Source: Ranitomeya imitator
Lineage: Eukaryota
Length of the DNA: 64,000 nucleotides
Direction: 5' to 3'
NCBI RefSeq assembly: GCF_032444005.1
Contig: NC_091289.1
Coordinates: 9,114,001-9,178,000 of the forward strand
The translations under genes were made by a program, and so were the position numbers. The notes under the pieces were generated by a model. The model was given only the letters and a program-made list of their open reading frames with translations. It was not told the origin of the DNA and ran no database searches. Shown in pieces: positions 11,230-22,541 of the stretch. Positions within the stretch are counted from its first letter, which is position 1. The number at the start of each line of letters is the position of its first letter.

Positions 11230-13368
11230 TCTATATACATAATTGTCTAAGGGTCACTTCCGTCTGTCTCTGTCCTTCTGTCACGGTTATTCATTCGCTG
11301 ATTGGTCTCGGCAGCTGCCTGTCATGGCTGCCGCGACCAATCAGCGACGGGCACAGTCCGATTAGTCCCTCCCCTACTCCCCTGCACTCACTGCCCGGCG
11401 CCCGCTCCATAATCCCCTCCACTCACCACTCACACAGGGTTACTGGCAGCGGTAACGGCCCGCGGTGTAACGCGCTCCGTTACCGCTGCTATTAACCCTG
11501 TGTGTCCCCAACTATTTACTATGCATACTATGCCTATGCAGCATTAATAGTAAAAATAGGTCATGTTAAGAATAATTTAAAAAACCTGCTATACTCACCC
11601 TCCGCCGCCTTTCTCGCTCCTCGGGACGCTCCTGGGACCGTTCCATTGCAAGCGGCAGCTTCCGGTCCCAGGGCTGGTGTGCGACAAGGACCTGCCGTGA
11701 CATCACGGTCATGTGACCGTGACGTCATCATAGGTCCTGCTCACACCAGCCCTGGGACCGCAAGCTGTCGCTTGCAATGGAACGGTCCCAGGAGCGTCCC
11801 GAGGAGCGAGAAAGGTGGCGGAGGGTGAGTATAGCAGGACTTCAACTATAGGTGAGTATATGGTTTTTTTTTAAGTCTCTATACTACATGGCTCTGTGCT
11901 GGGCAATATACTACGTGACTGGGCAATATACTACGTGGCTCTGCTATATACTACGTGGCTGGGCAACATACTACGTGGCTCTGCTATATACTACGTGGCT
12001 GGGCAATATACTACGTGGCTGTGCTATATACTACGTGGCTGTGCTATATACTACGTGGCTGTGCTATATACTACGTGGCTGTGCTATATACTACGTGGCT
12101 GTGCTATATACTACGTGGCTGTGCTATATACTACGTGGCTGTGCTATATACTACGTGGCTCTGCTATATACTACGTGGCTGGGCAATATACTACGTGGCT
12201 CTGCTATATACTACGTGGCTGGGCAATATACTACGTGGCTCTGCTATATACTACGTGGCTGGGCAATATACTACGTGGCTGTGCTATATAATACGTGGCT
12301 GTGCTATATACTACGTGGCTGGGCAATATACTACGTGGCTGTGCTATATACTACGTGGCTGGGCAATATACTACGTGGCTGTGCTATATACTACGTGGCT
12401 GTGCTATATACTACGTGGCTGTGCTATAGACTACGTGGCTCTGCTATAGACTATGTGGCTGTGCTATATACTACGTGGCTCTGCTATATACTATGTGGCT
12501 CTGCTATATACTATGTGGCTGTGCTATATACTACGTGGCTGTGCTATATACTACGTGGCTGTGCTATATACTACGTGGCTGTGCTATATACTACGTGGCT
12601 CTGCTATATACTATGTGGCTGGGCAATATACTACGTGGCTGTGCTATATACTACGTGGCTGTGCTATATACTACGTGGCTGTGCTATATACTACGTGGCT
12701 CTGCTATATACTACGTGGCTCTGCTATATACTACGTGGCTGTGCTATATACTACGTGGCTGGGCAATATACTACGTGGCTGTGCTATATACTACGTGGCT
12801 CTGCTATATACTATGTGGCTGGGCAATATACTACGTGGCTGGGCAATATACTACGTGGCTGTGCTATATACTACGTGGCTGTGCTATATACTACGTGGCT
12901 GGGCAATATACTACGTGGCTGTGCTATATACTACGCGGCTCTGCTATATACTACGTGGCTGGGCAATATACTACGTGGCTGGGCAATATACTACGTGGCT
13001 GTGCTATATACTACGTGGCTGTGCTATATACTACGTGGCTCTGCTATATACTACGTGGCTCTGCTATATACTATGTGGCTGTGCTATATACTACGTGGCT
13101 GTGCTATATACTACGTGGCTCTGCTATATACTATGTGGCTCTGCTATATACTATGTGGCTGTGCTATATACTACGTGGCTGTGCTATATACTATGTGGCT
13201 GGGCAATATACTACGTGGCTGTGCTATATACTACGTGGCTGGGCAATATACTACGTGGCTGTGCTATATACTACGCGGCTCTGCTATATACTACGTGGCT
13301 GGGCAATATACTACGTGGACATGCATATTCTAGAATACCCGATGCGTTAGAATCGGGCCACAATCTAG
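11230..13368 (+). mobile_element. Complete non-autonomous Helitron
   Basis: 5' A|TCTATATAC and 3' hairpin cccgat-gcgttaga-atcggg followed by CTAG|T. A/T target and no TSD. Confidence 0.88.
11885..13320. repeat. 20-bp minisatellite inside the Helitron (GGCTGTGCTATATACTACGT and variants)
   Basis: About 71 units with exact 20-bp period. Source of the spurious 291-493 aa ORFs. Confidence 0.97.
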
Positions 13369-13489
13369 TATATTGTATATATATATATAATGTTTTACTT
13401 TAGCCCTATCACATACACATGGGCTATAGTGACGACGTTGTGCATAGCAACCATTCAGGTGTTTGCTATTTCCAAAATGAAAGCTGTAT

Positions 13490-13860
13490 TCTGATTGGGC
13501 AGCCTCATACCTAGACTCCAATCAGATTCCAAAAGCCTGATAATGAAAGCAGTGATCTGATTGGCCACAGCACTGATAGCCCCGCTATACATGGCTCACG
13601 TGTGCGGCCCCGTCCTCTCTATGATACAATCTCGTGTGAAGTGACATTTCTCTACTTCTCTGTAATTTTTACTAGAACAAACTGGTTATCAGCTTGTACT
13701 TATCAGCCAATCAAATCGCATCACTTTCATCAACCAATAGGAGAGTCGAACAATTAGGCGGACAAGTTTTCTGACGAATAAACGAGCAGAACAGGAGGGG
13801 GTGGGGCGGTATCGCGCTAGGGTTCAGCCAATCACTGTTAGGCGCTGTAGGGGGCGCTGG
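13490..13860 (+). promoter_or_regulatory. TATDN2: TATDN2 CpG-rich promoter with several CCAAT boxes and a GC box
   Basis: ccaat at about 13518, 13708, 13734 and 13828. attgg at about 13494 and 13559. ggggcgg at 13803. CpG-dense from 13750 to 14000. Confidence 0.7.
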
Positions 13861-13910
13861 GCCGCGGAAGGCGGAGAGCAGAGTTCTCGGGGCGGCGGTG
13901 CTGTGCGGCA
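13860..13910 (+). other. TATDN2: Probable non-coding exon 1 of TATDN2 (5' end uncertain)
   Basis: gcggca|gtaagt donor at 13911 inside the CpG island. The ATG-bearing exon at 17089 has its own acceptor. Confidence 0.65.
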
Positions 13911-14469
13911 GTAAGTTCGGGCGCTCCCGGCACGGGTGGTGCGCATGTGTGACAGGGCCGCCGGTAGAACTCGGTTCTCGGTGCTTTGTAGCTTCAGTAC
14001 AGTTCACGGGTTCAGCTGTCGGTTCTGTGCAAACACCAACAGGGCAGTGAGCTGCTGGGACTAGTAGTACCACAGAGCAGGCCTGATAGAGTGCGGGCCC
14101 CGGGCACAGTGCATGTTATGGGCGGAACGTTCATAGTTAAAGTCTGCTGGTGACCGGGGAGTGACGCCGAGTATCTGCGGCCGAGCGCACGGTGGCACCT
14201 CGGGGAAGTTCACACCCAGCGGTTTAGATCCCTTCTGTCCCCCCCACAAGAACAAAGCAGGACGATTCCGAATAAAGCTGCGTTTCTGAGGTGTTTTATA
14301 TGCAGATTTTGTGGATAAAGCTCCTTTTGTCCCATCAATATTGATTAAAAAGAAAGTAACAAAAGGGGAAAAGAAGCGACGTGTGAACGAGAGTCTAAAG
14401 GCGCAGAAAATACTTTTATTTACTTTTTATAAGGGGTTTATCACTGTCCTATCATTATGGCCGATCATC

Positions 14470-16730
14470 AGTGTCTGCTCTGCGGGGGGCGGGTGTCAGA
14501 CCCCCGACCACTCAGTGTCTGCTCTGCGGGGAGCGGGTGTCAGACCCCCGACCACTCAGTGTCTGCTCTGCGGGGGGCGGGTGTCAGACCCCCCACCACT
14601 CAGTGTCTGCTCTGCGGGGGTGCGGGTGTCAGACCCCCCACCACTCAGTGTCTGCTCTGCGGGGAGCGGGTGTCAGACCCCCCACCACTCAGTGTCTGCT
14701 CTGCGGGGGTGCGGGTGTCAGACCCCCCACCACTCAGTGTCTGCTCTGCGGGGGTGCGGGTGTCAGACCCCCCACCACTCAGTGTCTGCTCTGCGGGGGT
14801 GCGGGTGTCAGACCCCCCACCACTCAGTGTCTGCTCTGCGGGGGTGCGGGTGTCAGACCCCCGACCACTCAGTGTCTGCTCTGCGGGGGTGTGGGTGTCA
14901 GACCCCCCACCACTCAGTGTCTGCTCTGCGGGGGTGCGGGTGTCAGACCCCCCACCACTCAGTGTCTGCTCTGCGGGGGTGCGGGTGTCAGACCCCCCAC
15001 CACTCAGTGTCTGCTCTGCGGGGGTGCGGGTGTCAGACCCCCGACCACTCAGTGTCTGCTCTGCGGGGGTGCGGGTGTCAGACCCCCCACCACTCAGTGT
15101 CTGCTCTGCGGGGGTGCGGGTGTCAGATCCCCGACCACTCAGTGTCTGCTCTGCAGGGAGCGGGTGTCAGACCCCCCACCACTCAGTGTCTGCTCTGCAG
15201 GGAGCGGGTGTCAGACCCCCCACCACTCAGTGTCTGCTCTGTAGGGGAGTGGGTGTCAGACCCCCGACCACTCAGTGTCTGCTCTGCGGGGGTGCGGGTG
15301 TCAGACCCCCGACCACTCAGTGTCTGCTCTGCGGGGGAGTGGGTGTCAGACCCCCGACCACTCAGTGTCTGCTCTGCGGGGGTGCGGGTGTCAGACCCCC
15401 GACCACTCAGTGTCTGCTCTGCGGGGGTGTGGGTGTCAGACCCCCCACCACTCAGTGTCTGCTCTGCGGGGGAGTGGGTGTCAGACCCCCGACCACTCAG
15501 TGTCTGCTCTGCAGGGTAGTGGGTGTCAGACCCCCGACCACTCAGTGTCTGCTCTGCGGGGGTGCGGGTGTCAGACCCCCGACCACTCAGTGTCTGCTCT
15601 GCGGGGGTGTGGGTGTCAGACCCCCCACCACTCAGTGTCTGCTCTGCGGGGAGCGGGTGTCAGACCCCCCACCACTCAGTGTCTGCTCTGCGGGGAGCGG
15701 GTGTCAGACCCCCCACCACTCAGTGTCTGCTCTGCGGGGAGCGGGTGTCAGACCCCCCACCACTCAGTGTCTGCTCTGCGGGGGTGTGGGTGTCAGACCC
15801 CCCACCACTCAGTGTCTGCTCTGCGGGGGTGTGGGTGTCAGACCCCCCACCACTCAGTGTCTGCTCTGCAGGGGAGTGGGTGTCAGACCCCAGGACCACT
15901 CAGTGTCTGCTCTGCAGGGGAGTGGGTGTCAGACCCCCCACCACTCAGTGTCTGCTCTGCAGGTGTCAGACCCCCCACCACTCAGTGTCTGCTCTGCAGG
16001 AGAGCGGGTGTCAGACCCCCCAACCACTCAGTCAGTGTCTGCTCTGCAGGGGAGTGGGTGTCAGACCCCCCAACCACTCAGTCAGTGTCTGGTCTGCAGG
16101 GGAGTGGGTGTCAGACCCCCCACCACTCAATGTCTGCTCTGCGGGGGTGCGGGTGTCAGACCCCCGACCACTCAGTCAGTGTCTGCTCTGCAGGGGAGTG
16201 GGTGTCAGACCCCCCACCACTCAGTGTCTGCTCTGCGGGGGTGCGGGTGTCAGACCCCCGACCACTCAGTCAGTGTCTGCTCTGCAGGAGAGCGGGTGTC
16301 AGACCCCCCAACCACTCAGTCAGTGTCTGCTCTGCGGGGGTGCGGGTGTCAGACCCCCCACCACTCAGTCAGTGTCTGCTCTGCAGGAGAGCGGGTGTCA
16401 GACCCCCCAACCACTCAGTCAGTGTCTGCTCTGCAGGAGAGCGGGTGTCAGACCCCCCACCACTCAGTCAGTGTCTGCTCTGCGGGGGGCGGGTGTCAGA
16501 CCCCCCACCACTCAGTGTCTGCTCTGCAGGGGAGCAGGTGTCAGACCCCCCGACCACTCAGTCAGTGACTGCTCTGCAGGGGTGTGGGTGTCAGACCCCC
16601 CAACCACTCAGTCAGTGTCTGCTCTGCGGGGTGCGGGTGTCAGACCCCCCGACCACTCAGTCAGTGACTGCTCTGCGGGGGTGCGGGTGTCAGACCCCCC
16701 GACCACTCAGTGTCTGCTCTGCAGGTTGTG
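14470..16730. repeat. 45-bp G-rich minisatellite in TATDN2 intron 1
   Basis: About 50 units of CAGTGTCTGCTCTGCGGGGGTGCGGGTGTCAGACCCCCCACCACT. Source of the spurious 257-703 aa ORFs. Confidence 0.97.
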
Positions 16731-17102
16731 GGTGTGAGGTATAATTTATTGCAGATTTACCGCTGTGGTTTTTCTGCAGCAACACAGGGTTAAAAAAAAA
16801 CGCAGAGTGTGAACGGCTCCACCGCGTCTTCAGTGCTGGTGACGGATCCTGAGCGGCGTGTGAGCGCAGATTATTGACTCTCACACATTATATCACATTT
16901 TCCATTATAGGCGCAGGATGGATTTTTGGTGTTTATGTTGCAGCGTTTTTCTAATATTGACATCTGGTAGAGATCTGGACATATTGGGGTCCCCTCTCCC
17001 ATTCAGGATGTCCAGAAAGGATGACAAGTTGCTGAATGTCATCTTTACGCTTGTGACTAATGAATACATTTTTTTTTCCTTTTTTTAGCTCTTAAAGTCA
17101 TC

Positions 17103-17525
17103 ATGACAGATAGGAGCGCGAGCGGTTCACGGAAGCATAGATGGCAGAGTCCGCCCGAGGTATCTCCTTGCAAATATCGGAAGAGCAGCAAGTCACGGAT
17201 AGTCAGTCACAGCCGAGAGCGTAATGCTGAGAGTCGCAGCCGAGAGAGCGATGATGGGAGTCGCAGCCGAGAGCGCGACGATGGGAGTCGCAGCCGAGAG
17301 CGCGATGTGGAGAGTCGCAGCCGAGAGCGCGATGTGGAGAGTCGCAGCCAGTCCCGAGAGCAGCGGGTGATCTTCTCTCCCCTGCAGAGTACGCCTAGAC
17401 GCCGGCCGGATGTCGGAACCGGGGTCCGCTCCACTGTGAGGGCCCAGAGGAGACAAACGGACGGAGTGCAATCCCAAAGAACTGCCACCCACATAGAGAC
17501 ATCAGAGGCGGCGCCTGAGAAAGAG
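17103..17525 (+). CDS. TATDN2: TATDN2 first coding exon (MTDRSASGSRKHRWQSPPE...APEKE); exon starts at 17089
   Basis: ttttttag acceptor at 17088, ATG at 17103, gag|gtact donor. N-terminus resembles human MASERGKVKHNWS. Confidence 0.8.
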
Positions 17526-17834
17526 GTACTTCAGTAGCAATATTCAGGGGTCTGGCTATAGAGACCACCACAATATCAAGAATGGGGATCCCAAAGTCCT
17601 TTGTGAATACTGTTGTAGCGAGAATGTGTGACCAAGCAGTGGAGGTACTAGAGTTTTAAGGGCCCCTGTGCAAGATTTGGACCGGGCCCCCCATGATATA
17701 TATATGTATATGCCCCCCATCCTGATGTTTATCTCCTTCATTCTGGTATATGTTCCCTGTTCTGCCGCTGTTCTTTAATGAATAGAAAAATATAAACCAT
17801 TATAATCACCAGGGGTGTATATAGAAGTCAAGAC

Positions 17835-19328
17835 GCCATAGCAGAAGTATAATGTACTCCCCATAGTCCTCCATGTAGTATAATGCACTCCCCATAGTCC
17901 TCCATGTAGTATAATGCACTCCCCATAGTCCTCCATGTAGTATAATGCACTCCCAATAGTCCTCCATGTAGTATAATGCACTCCCCATAGTCCTCCATGT
18001 AGTATAATGCACTCCCCATAGTCCTCCATACAGTATAATTCACTCCCCATAGTCCTCCATACAGTATAATGCACAGCCCATAGTCTTCCATACAGTGTAA
18101 TGCACAGCCCATAGTCCTCCATGTAGTATAATGCACTCCCCATAGTCCTCCATGTAGTATAATGCCAGCCCATAGTCCTCCATACAGTATAATGCACTCC
18201 CCATAGTCCTCCATGTAGTATAATGCACTCCCCATAGTCCTCCATGTAGTATAATGCCAGCCCATAGTCCTCCATACAGTGTAATGCACAGCCCATAGTC
18301 ATCCATGTAGTATAATGCACTCCCCATAGTCCTCCATGTAGTATAATGCCAGCCCATAGTCCTCCATACAGTATAATGCACTCCCCATAGTCCTCCATGT
18401 AGTATAATGCACTCCCCATAGTCCTCCATGTAGTATAATGCCAGCCCATAGTCCTCCATACAGTGTAATGCACTCCCCATAGTCCTCCATACAGTATAAT
18501 GCACTCCCCATAGTCCTCCATGTAGTATAATGCCAGCCCATAGTCCTCCATACAGTATAATGCACAGCCCATAGTCCTCCATACAGTATAATGCACTCCC
18601 CATAGTCCTCCATGTAGTATAATGCACTCCCCATAGTCCTCCATGTAGTATAATGCCAGCCCATAGTCCTCCATACAGTATAATGCACTCCCCATAGTCC
18701 TCCATGTAGTATAATGCACTCCCCATAGTCCTCCATACAGTATAATGCACTCCCCATAGTCCTCCATGTAGTATAATGCACTCCCCATAGTCCTCCATGT
18801 AGTATAATGCACTCCCCATAGTCCTCCATACAGTATAATGCACAGCCCATAGTCCTCCATACAGTATAATGCACAGCCCATAGTCCTCCATACAGTGTAA
18901 TGCACTCCCCATAGTCCTCCATACAGTATAATGCACTCCCCATAGTCCTCCATGTAGTATAATGCACAGCCCATAGTCCTCCATACAGTATAATGCACAG
19001 CCCATAGTCCTCCATACAGTATAATGCACTCCCCATAGTCCTCCATACAGTATAATGCACTCCCCATAGTCCTCCATGTAGTATAATGCACTCCCCATAG
19101 TCCTCCATACAGTATAATGCACTCCCCATAGTCCTCCATACAGTATAATGCACTCCCCATAGTCCTCCATGTAGTATAATGCACAGCCCATAGTCCTCCA
19201 TACAGTATAATGCACTCCCCATAGTCCTCCATACAGTATAATGCACAGCCCATAGTTCTCCATACAGTATAATGCACTCCCCATAGTCCTCCATACAGTA
19301 TAATGCACAGCCCATAGTCCTCCATGTA
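17835..19328. repeat. Minisatellite of about 31 bp, left arm (CCCATAGTCCTCCATGTAGTATAATGCAC[TC/AG])
   Basis: Tandem units ending at the Tc1 TIR. Confidence 0.97.
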
Positions 19329-20128
19329 CAGATCTGGCAAAAATTAAGAGACCACTGCAAAATGTTCAGTTTGTCTGATTTTTCTCTTTATAGGTATATT
19401 TTTGAGTAAAATGTAAATTGCTTATATATTCTATAAACTTCTGACAACATCTCTCCGTATAACCTAAAAAAAGATTTCCGTGGCCAAAACAGAAGTTAAC
19501 CCCTTAGGCCTATCATTTTTACCGACGGATGCTAAGAAGAGCAACAAATTGGGTCCTTATACTAGTAATATTAGACAGCAGAAACAATAGCTCTGTCCTG
19601 TAAAACAAATCTATTGTGGATCCCAAAATAATTGGAAGGGGGTATTGTGTGTGAGTGAATAAATATAATTTTATTAAATACAAATAATACAAAAATAGGA
19701 CAAAAATTCTAAACAGAAGATAATCAGTGAAAAACAGCTAAAAGATCGCCAACACCAACAGAACGACAATATTGATACTAGCAATAAGAAAAAGAAACAT
19801 GTCCCAGTGGGCACAGCGGCATACAGTCTCCAAGACAATGGGCCAGAAAGTCCAGGTACAGGCTTACCATATGTGCTAAAATGGATATCAAAGTCCTAAC
19901 TATAAGCAGGGTAAGGGGGCGGTATATCGCTATGGTTATTAATAACTGGTGCTCTCAATTTCAGTTTGCTCCACTTTGAATAATCACCCAATGTAGCCCA
20001 GCGATGGCAGTTACATCATACCGGCAGTTGGTTAGACCCAGAGTCTGGCAATGCAGGTAACAGGTCATATTATTTTACCTTGGGACATGATGATCCTAGT
20101 GTGCCGCTGTGTCCGTCGCACACGTAAT

Positions 20129-20172
20129 GCCTCGACGCGCGTTTCACCGCCCACACGGCTTCGTCAGGAGGC
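20129..20172 (-). ncRNA. Minimal type I hammerhead ribozyme in the Penelope-like element
   Basis: Minus strand reads GCCUC-CUGACGA-AGCCGUGUGGGCGGU-GAA-ACGCGCGU-C-GAGGC: complete core, 5-bp helix I, palindromic helix III and a GUC cleavage triplet. Confidence 0.85.
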
Positions 20173-21069
20173 GTGATTAAAAGCTGAGAGTCATGGATAT
20201 ATATCTCTAAAGATTGGGATCTAACCAGCGAATCGGCGCACTGCTGTGCATGATGCCCCGCCCCGGCGCGCAGCACCAGCGATGGGAGGGAGGACATACG
20301 TCATCACCTCCCATCGCCGAGGCAACACACCCAAGCCTCCCCCAGCATCCGGCCGGCGCAGCGCGTGCCCAGAGTGCGTCTGCGCCTAGATCAACAAGGT
20401 AACAAGTTCCATGGTGTCTGAAGAAAGGGGCCGGTCGCTGGATAAATACATCAGCCCGCATGATGTGCTGCCGTGCGAGGAGGGAGCCCGGCGGGCGTCG
20501 GGTGGGAGGACTGACGTCATCACCGCCCATAGTGATGCGTCCGAGCCTCCCTAGACACAGGGCCAGCACAGCGCATGCGCGAAGCACGTCCATGCCGGAT
20601 CTGTACTAGTATAACAGACAGGATAGTATAATGCCAGAGTCCGTAATAAAGTTATAGCCTGTCTAAATAGACATGACAGCGGGCTCATGTGGCGATAACT
20701 GGATTAATGTGTCTATCAGCAGGTACGATTAGATGATTGCAATGTTTGGGTATAGCTATATAAATATACAGAGGAGATATAGAGGGGTTAACATTGAGCT
20801 ATCGTAATAGAGAAGGACCATAAAGTGTCTTGGTATATAGTGTGTAGCACACGGTTAAGATGAATAGTCCAGCTATAGTCTAAGTATTATCATACGCAGA
20901 TGGTTAACTTATTTAGAGGTCAGAATAAGGGTTTTTAACCTGCACTACTTTTTAGTGGGTGGACCCGTTATGCAATCATTAGGTAGAATATTAGCAGTAG
21001 TAATTAGGGATCTACCAACAGGAAGTGCATAATATAGTTACATATAAAAAGGTCATTGCACAACACTTA

Positions 21070-21495
21070 GTCCATGTTCACACAGTGCGTTTTTTTCTGC
21101 GGAACCGCAGCGTTCTTGCCGCTGCGGTTCCGCAGCTGTTTTCCATGCAGGGTACAGTACACTGTACCCTATGGAAAACAGGAACCACTGTGCACATGAT
21201 GCGGGAATCGGGAAAAAAAGCTGCGCTGAATAGCCGCGGTAAAAAAGAAGTACCATGTCACTTCTTTTTTCGGAGCCGCAGCGGTTCTGCACCCATAGAC
21301 CTCCAATGTGAGGTCAAACCCGCAGTAAAACCCGCAGATCAAAAATATATCTGTGGGTTTTATTGCGGTTTGTGGTGCCGAACCGCTGCAGCAGGAAGTG
21401 CGGGGAAGCGGGCGAAAGTGCGTGGGCGGAGTGTGGCTGCCCCGATCCCACCCCCCCGTGCTCCGATGCCCGCCCCCCCGTGCTCCGATGCTGTC
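21070..21495. mobile_element. Truncated Harbinger-like MITE inside the Penelope-like element; same family as 59109
   Basis: tta|gtccatgttcacacagtgcg start, highly similar to 59109-59500. No right TIR. Confidence 0.8.
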
Positions 21496-22153
21496 TCTCC
21501 AAAAATATTTTTCTCATATCCGATGTTGCATGTTGACCGGTCCTCATAAAGTAGAACATGATGAATAATGACATATTGAAAAAAGTATCTAGAAAATAGA
21601 GATGAGAAGTAAATATTGGAATAAAATACATAACAAAAAAAAAGCATGACTCAATTAAAATAGCGCACAGATGGAATTTAAAGAAAAGACTTGAAACTGA
21701 CGGCTTCATTAAGGCCGTGAGGTGTCATGGTGTGAAGTGTCTCTTTTTGCAGAAGCTTTTGTTTTAGGTTTCCACCACAGATGCCCATGTGTACATGGTC
21801 AATGCCCCGGGCTATCAGGCCTTTTGGATTGCAAGCATGGACATCCAAAAAATGTTTTGGAATAGTTTTTAGGAGATGTGATTCTAAACATTGTGCTGCA
21901 TTTTTAATGTCTCTGACATGTTCTTGTATACGAATTTTAAATGCTCTGGTCGTCATGTATCAGACCACAGGGGCAGCTGATATGGTAAATGATCGCCTCT
22001 GTGTCGCATGTGATATGATGCACAATTTTACAGATCTTGTCTCCTTTTGAATTTGAAAATTCCTTTGTCCTTATGATGATTCGGCATGCTGAACAATTTC
22101 CACGAGGGAAACATCCCCAGGGTGGTCCTTTACTGGTGCTTGAAAAGGGGTTA

Positions 22154-22541
22154 GGCTTCTTTCACACTAGCGTCGGATTCGGCCCGTCGCATTGCGTCAG
22201 GCCGAGATTCCGACGCTAGCGTTTGATGCGCCGCGCAATGGGTGCAGCGGATGCATTTCTCCGGCGCATCCGCTGCCCCATTGTGAGGTGCGGGGGGGTG
22301 GGGGCGGTCTGTCGGCAGCAAAAAACGTTACATTCAACGTTTTTTGCTCCCGGCGGTCCGCCACAACACGGCGCAACCGTCGCACGATGGTTGCGACGTG
22401 TGTCAATACGTCGCAATGCGTCGGTAATGTTACTCTATGGGGCAAAAACGCATCCTGCAAACAACTTTGCAGGATGCGTTTTTTCCCCTAAACGACGCAT
22501 TGCGATGTATTAAAAAAAAAAACGCCAGTGTGAAAGTAACC
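22154..22541. mobile_element. Harbinger-like MITE splitting the Penelope-like ORF
   Basis: TIRs ggcttctttcacact / agtgtgaaagtaacc with a TTA duplication. The Penelope reading frame resumes on the other side. Confidence 0.9.

Noticed and set aside
11852-13403. ORFs of 291-493 aa rich in Y/W/C
   Set aside because: Translations of the 20-bp minisatellite, open in several frames, with no splice or homology support.
14311-16744. Cys-rich ORFs up to 703 aa that look like zinc-finger or keratin-associated proteins
   Set aside because: Produced by the 45-bp (in-frame) minisatellite in TATDN2 intron 1.
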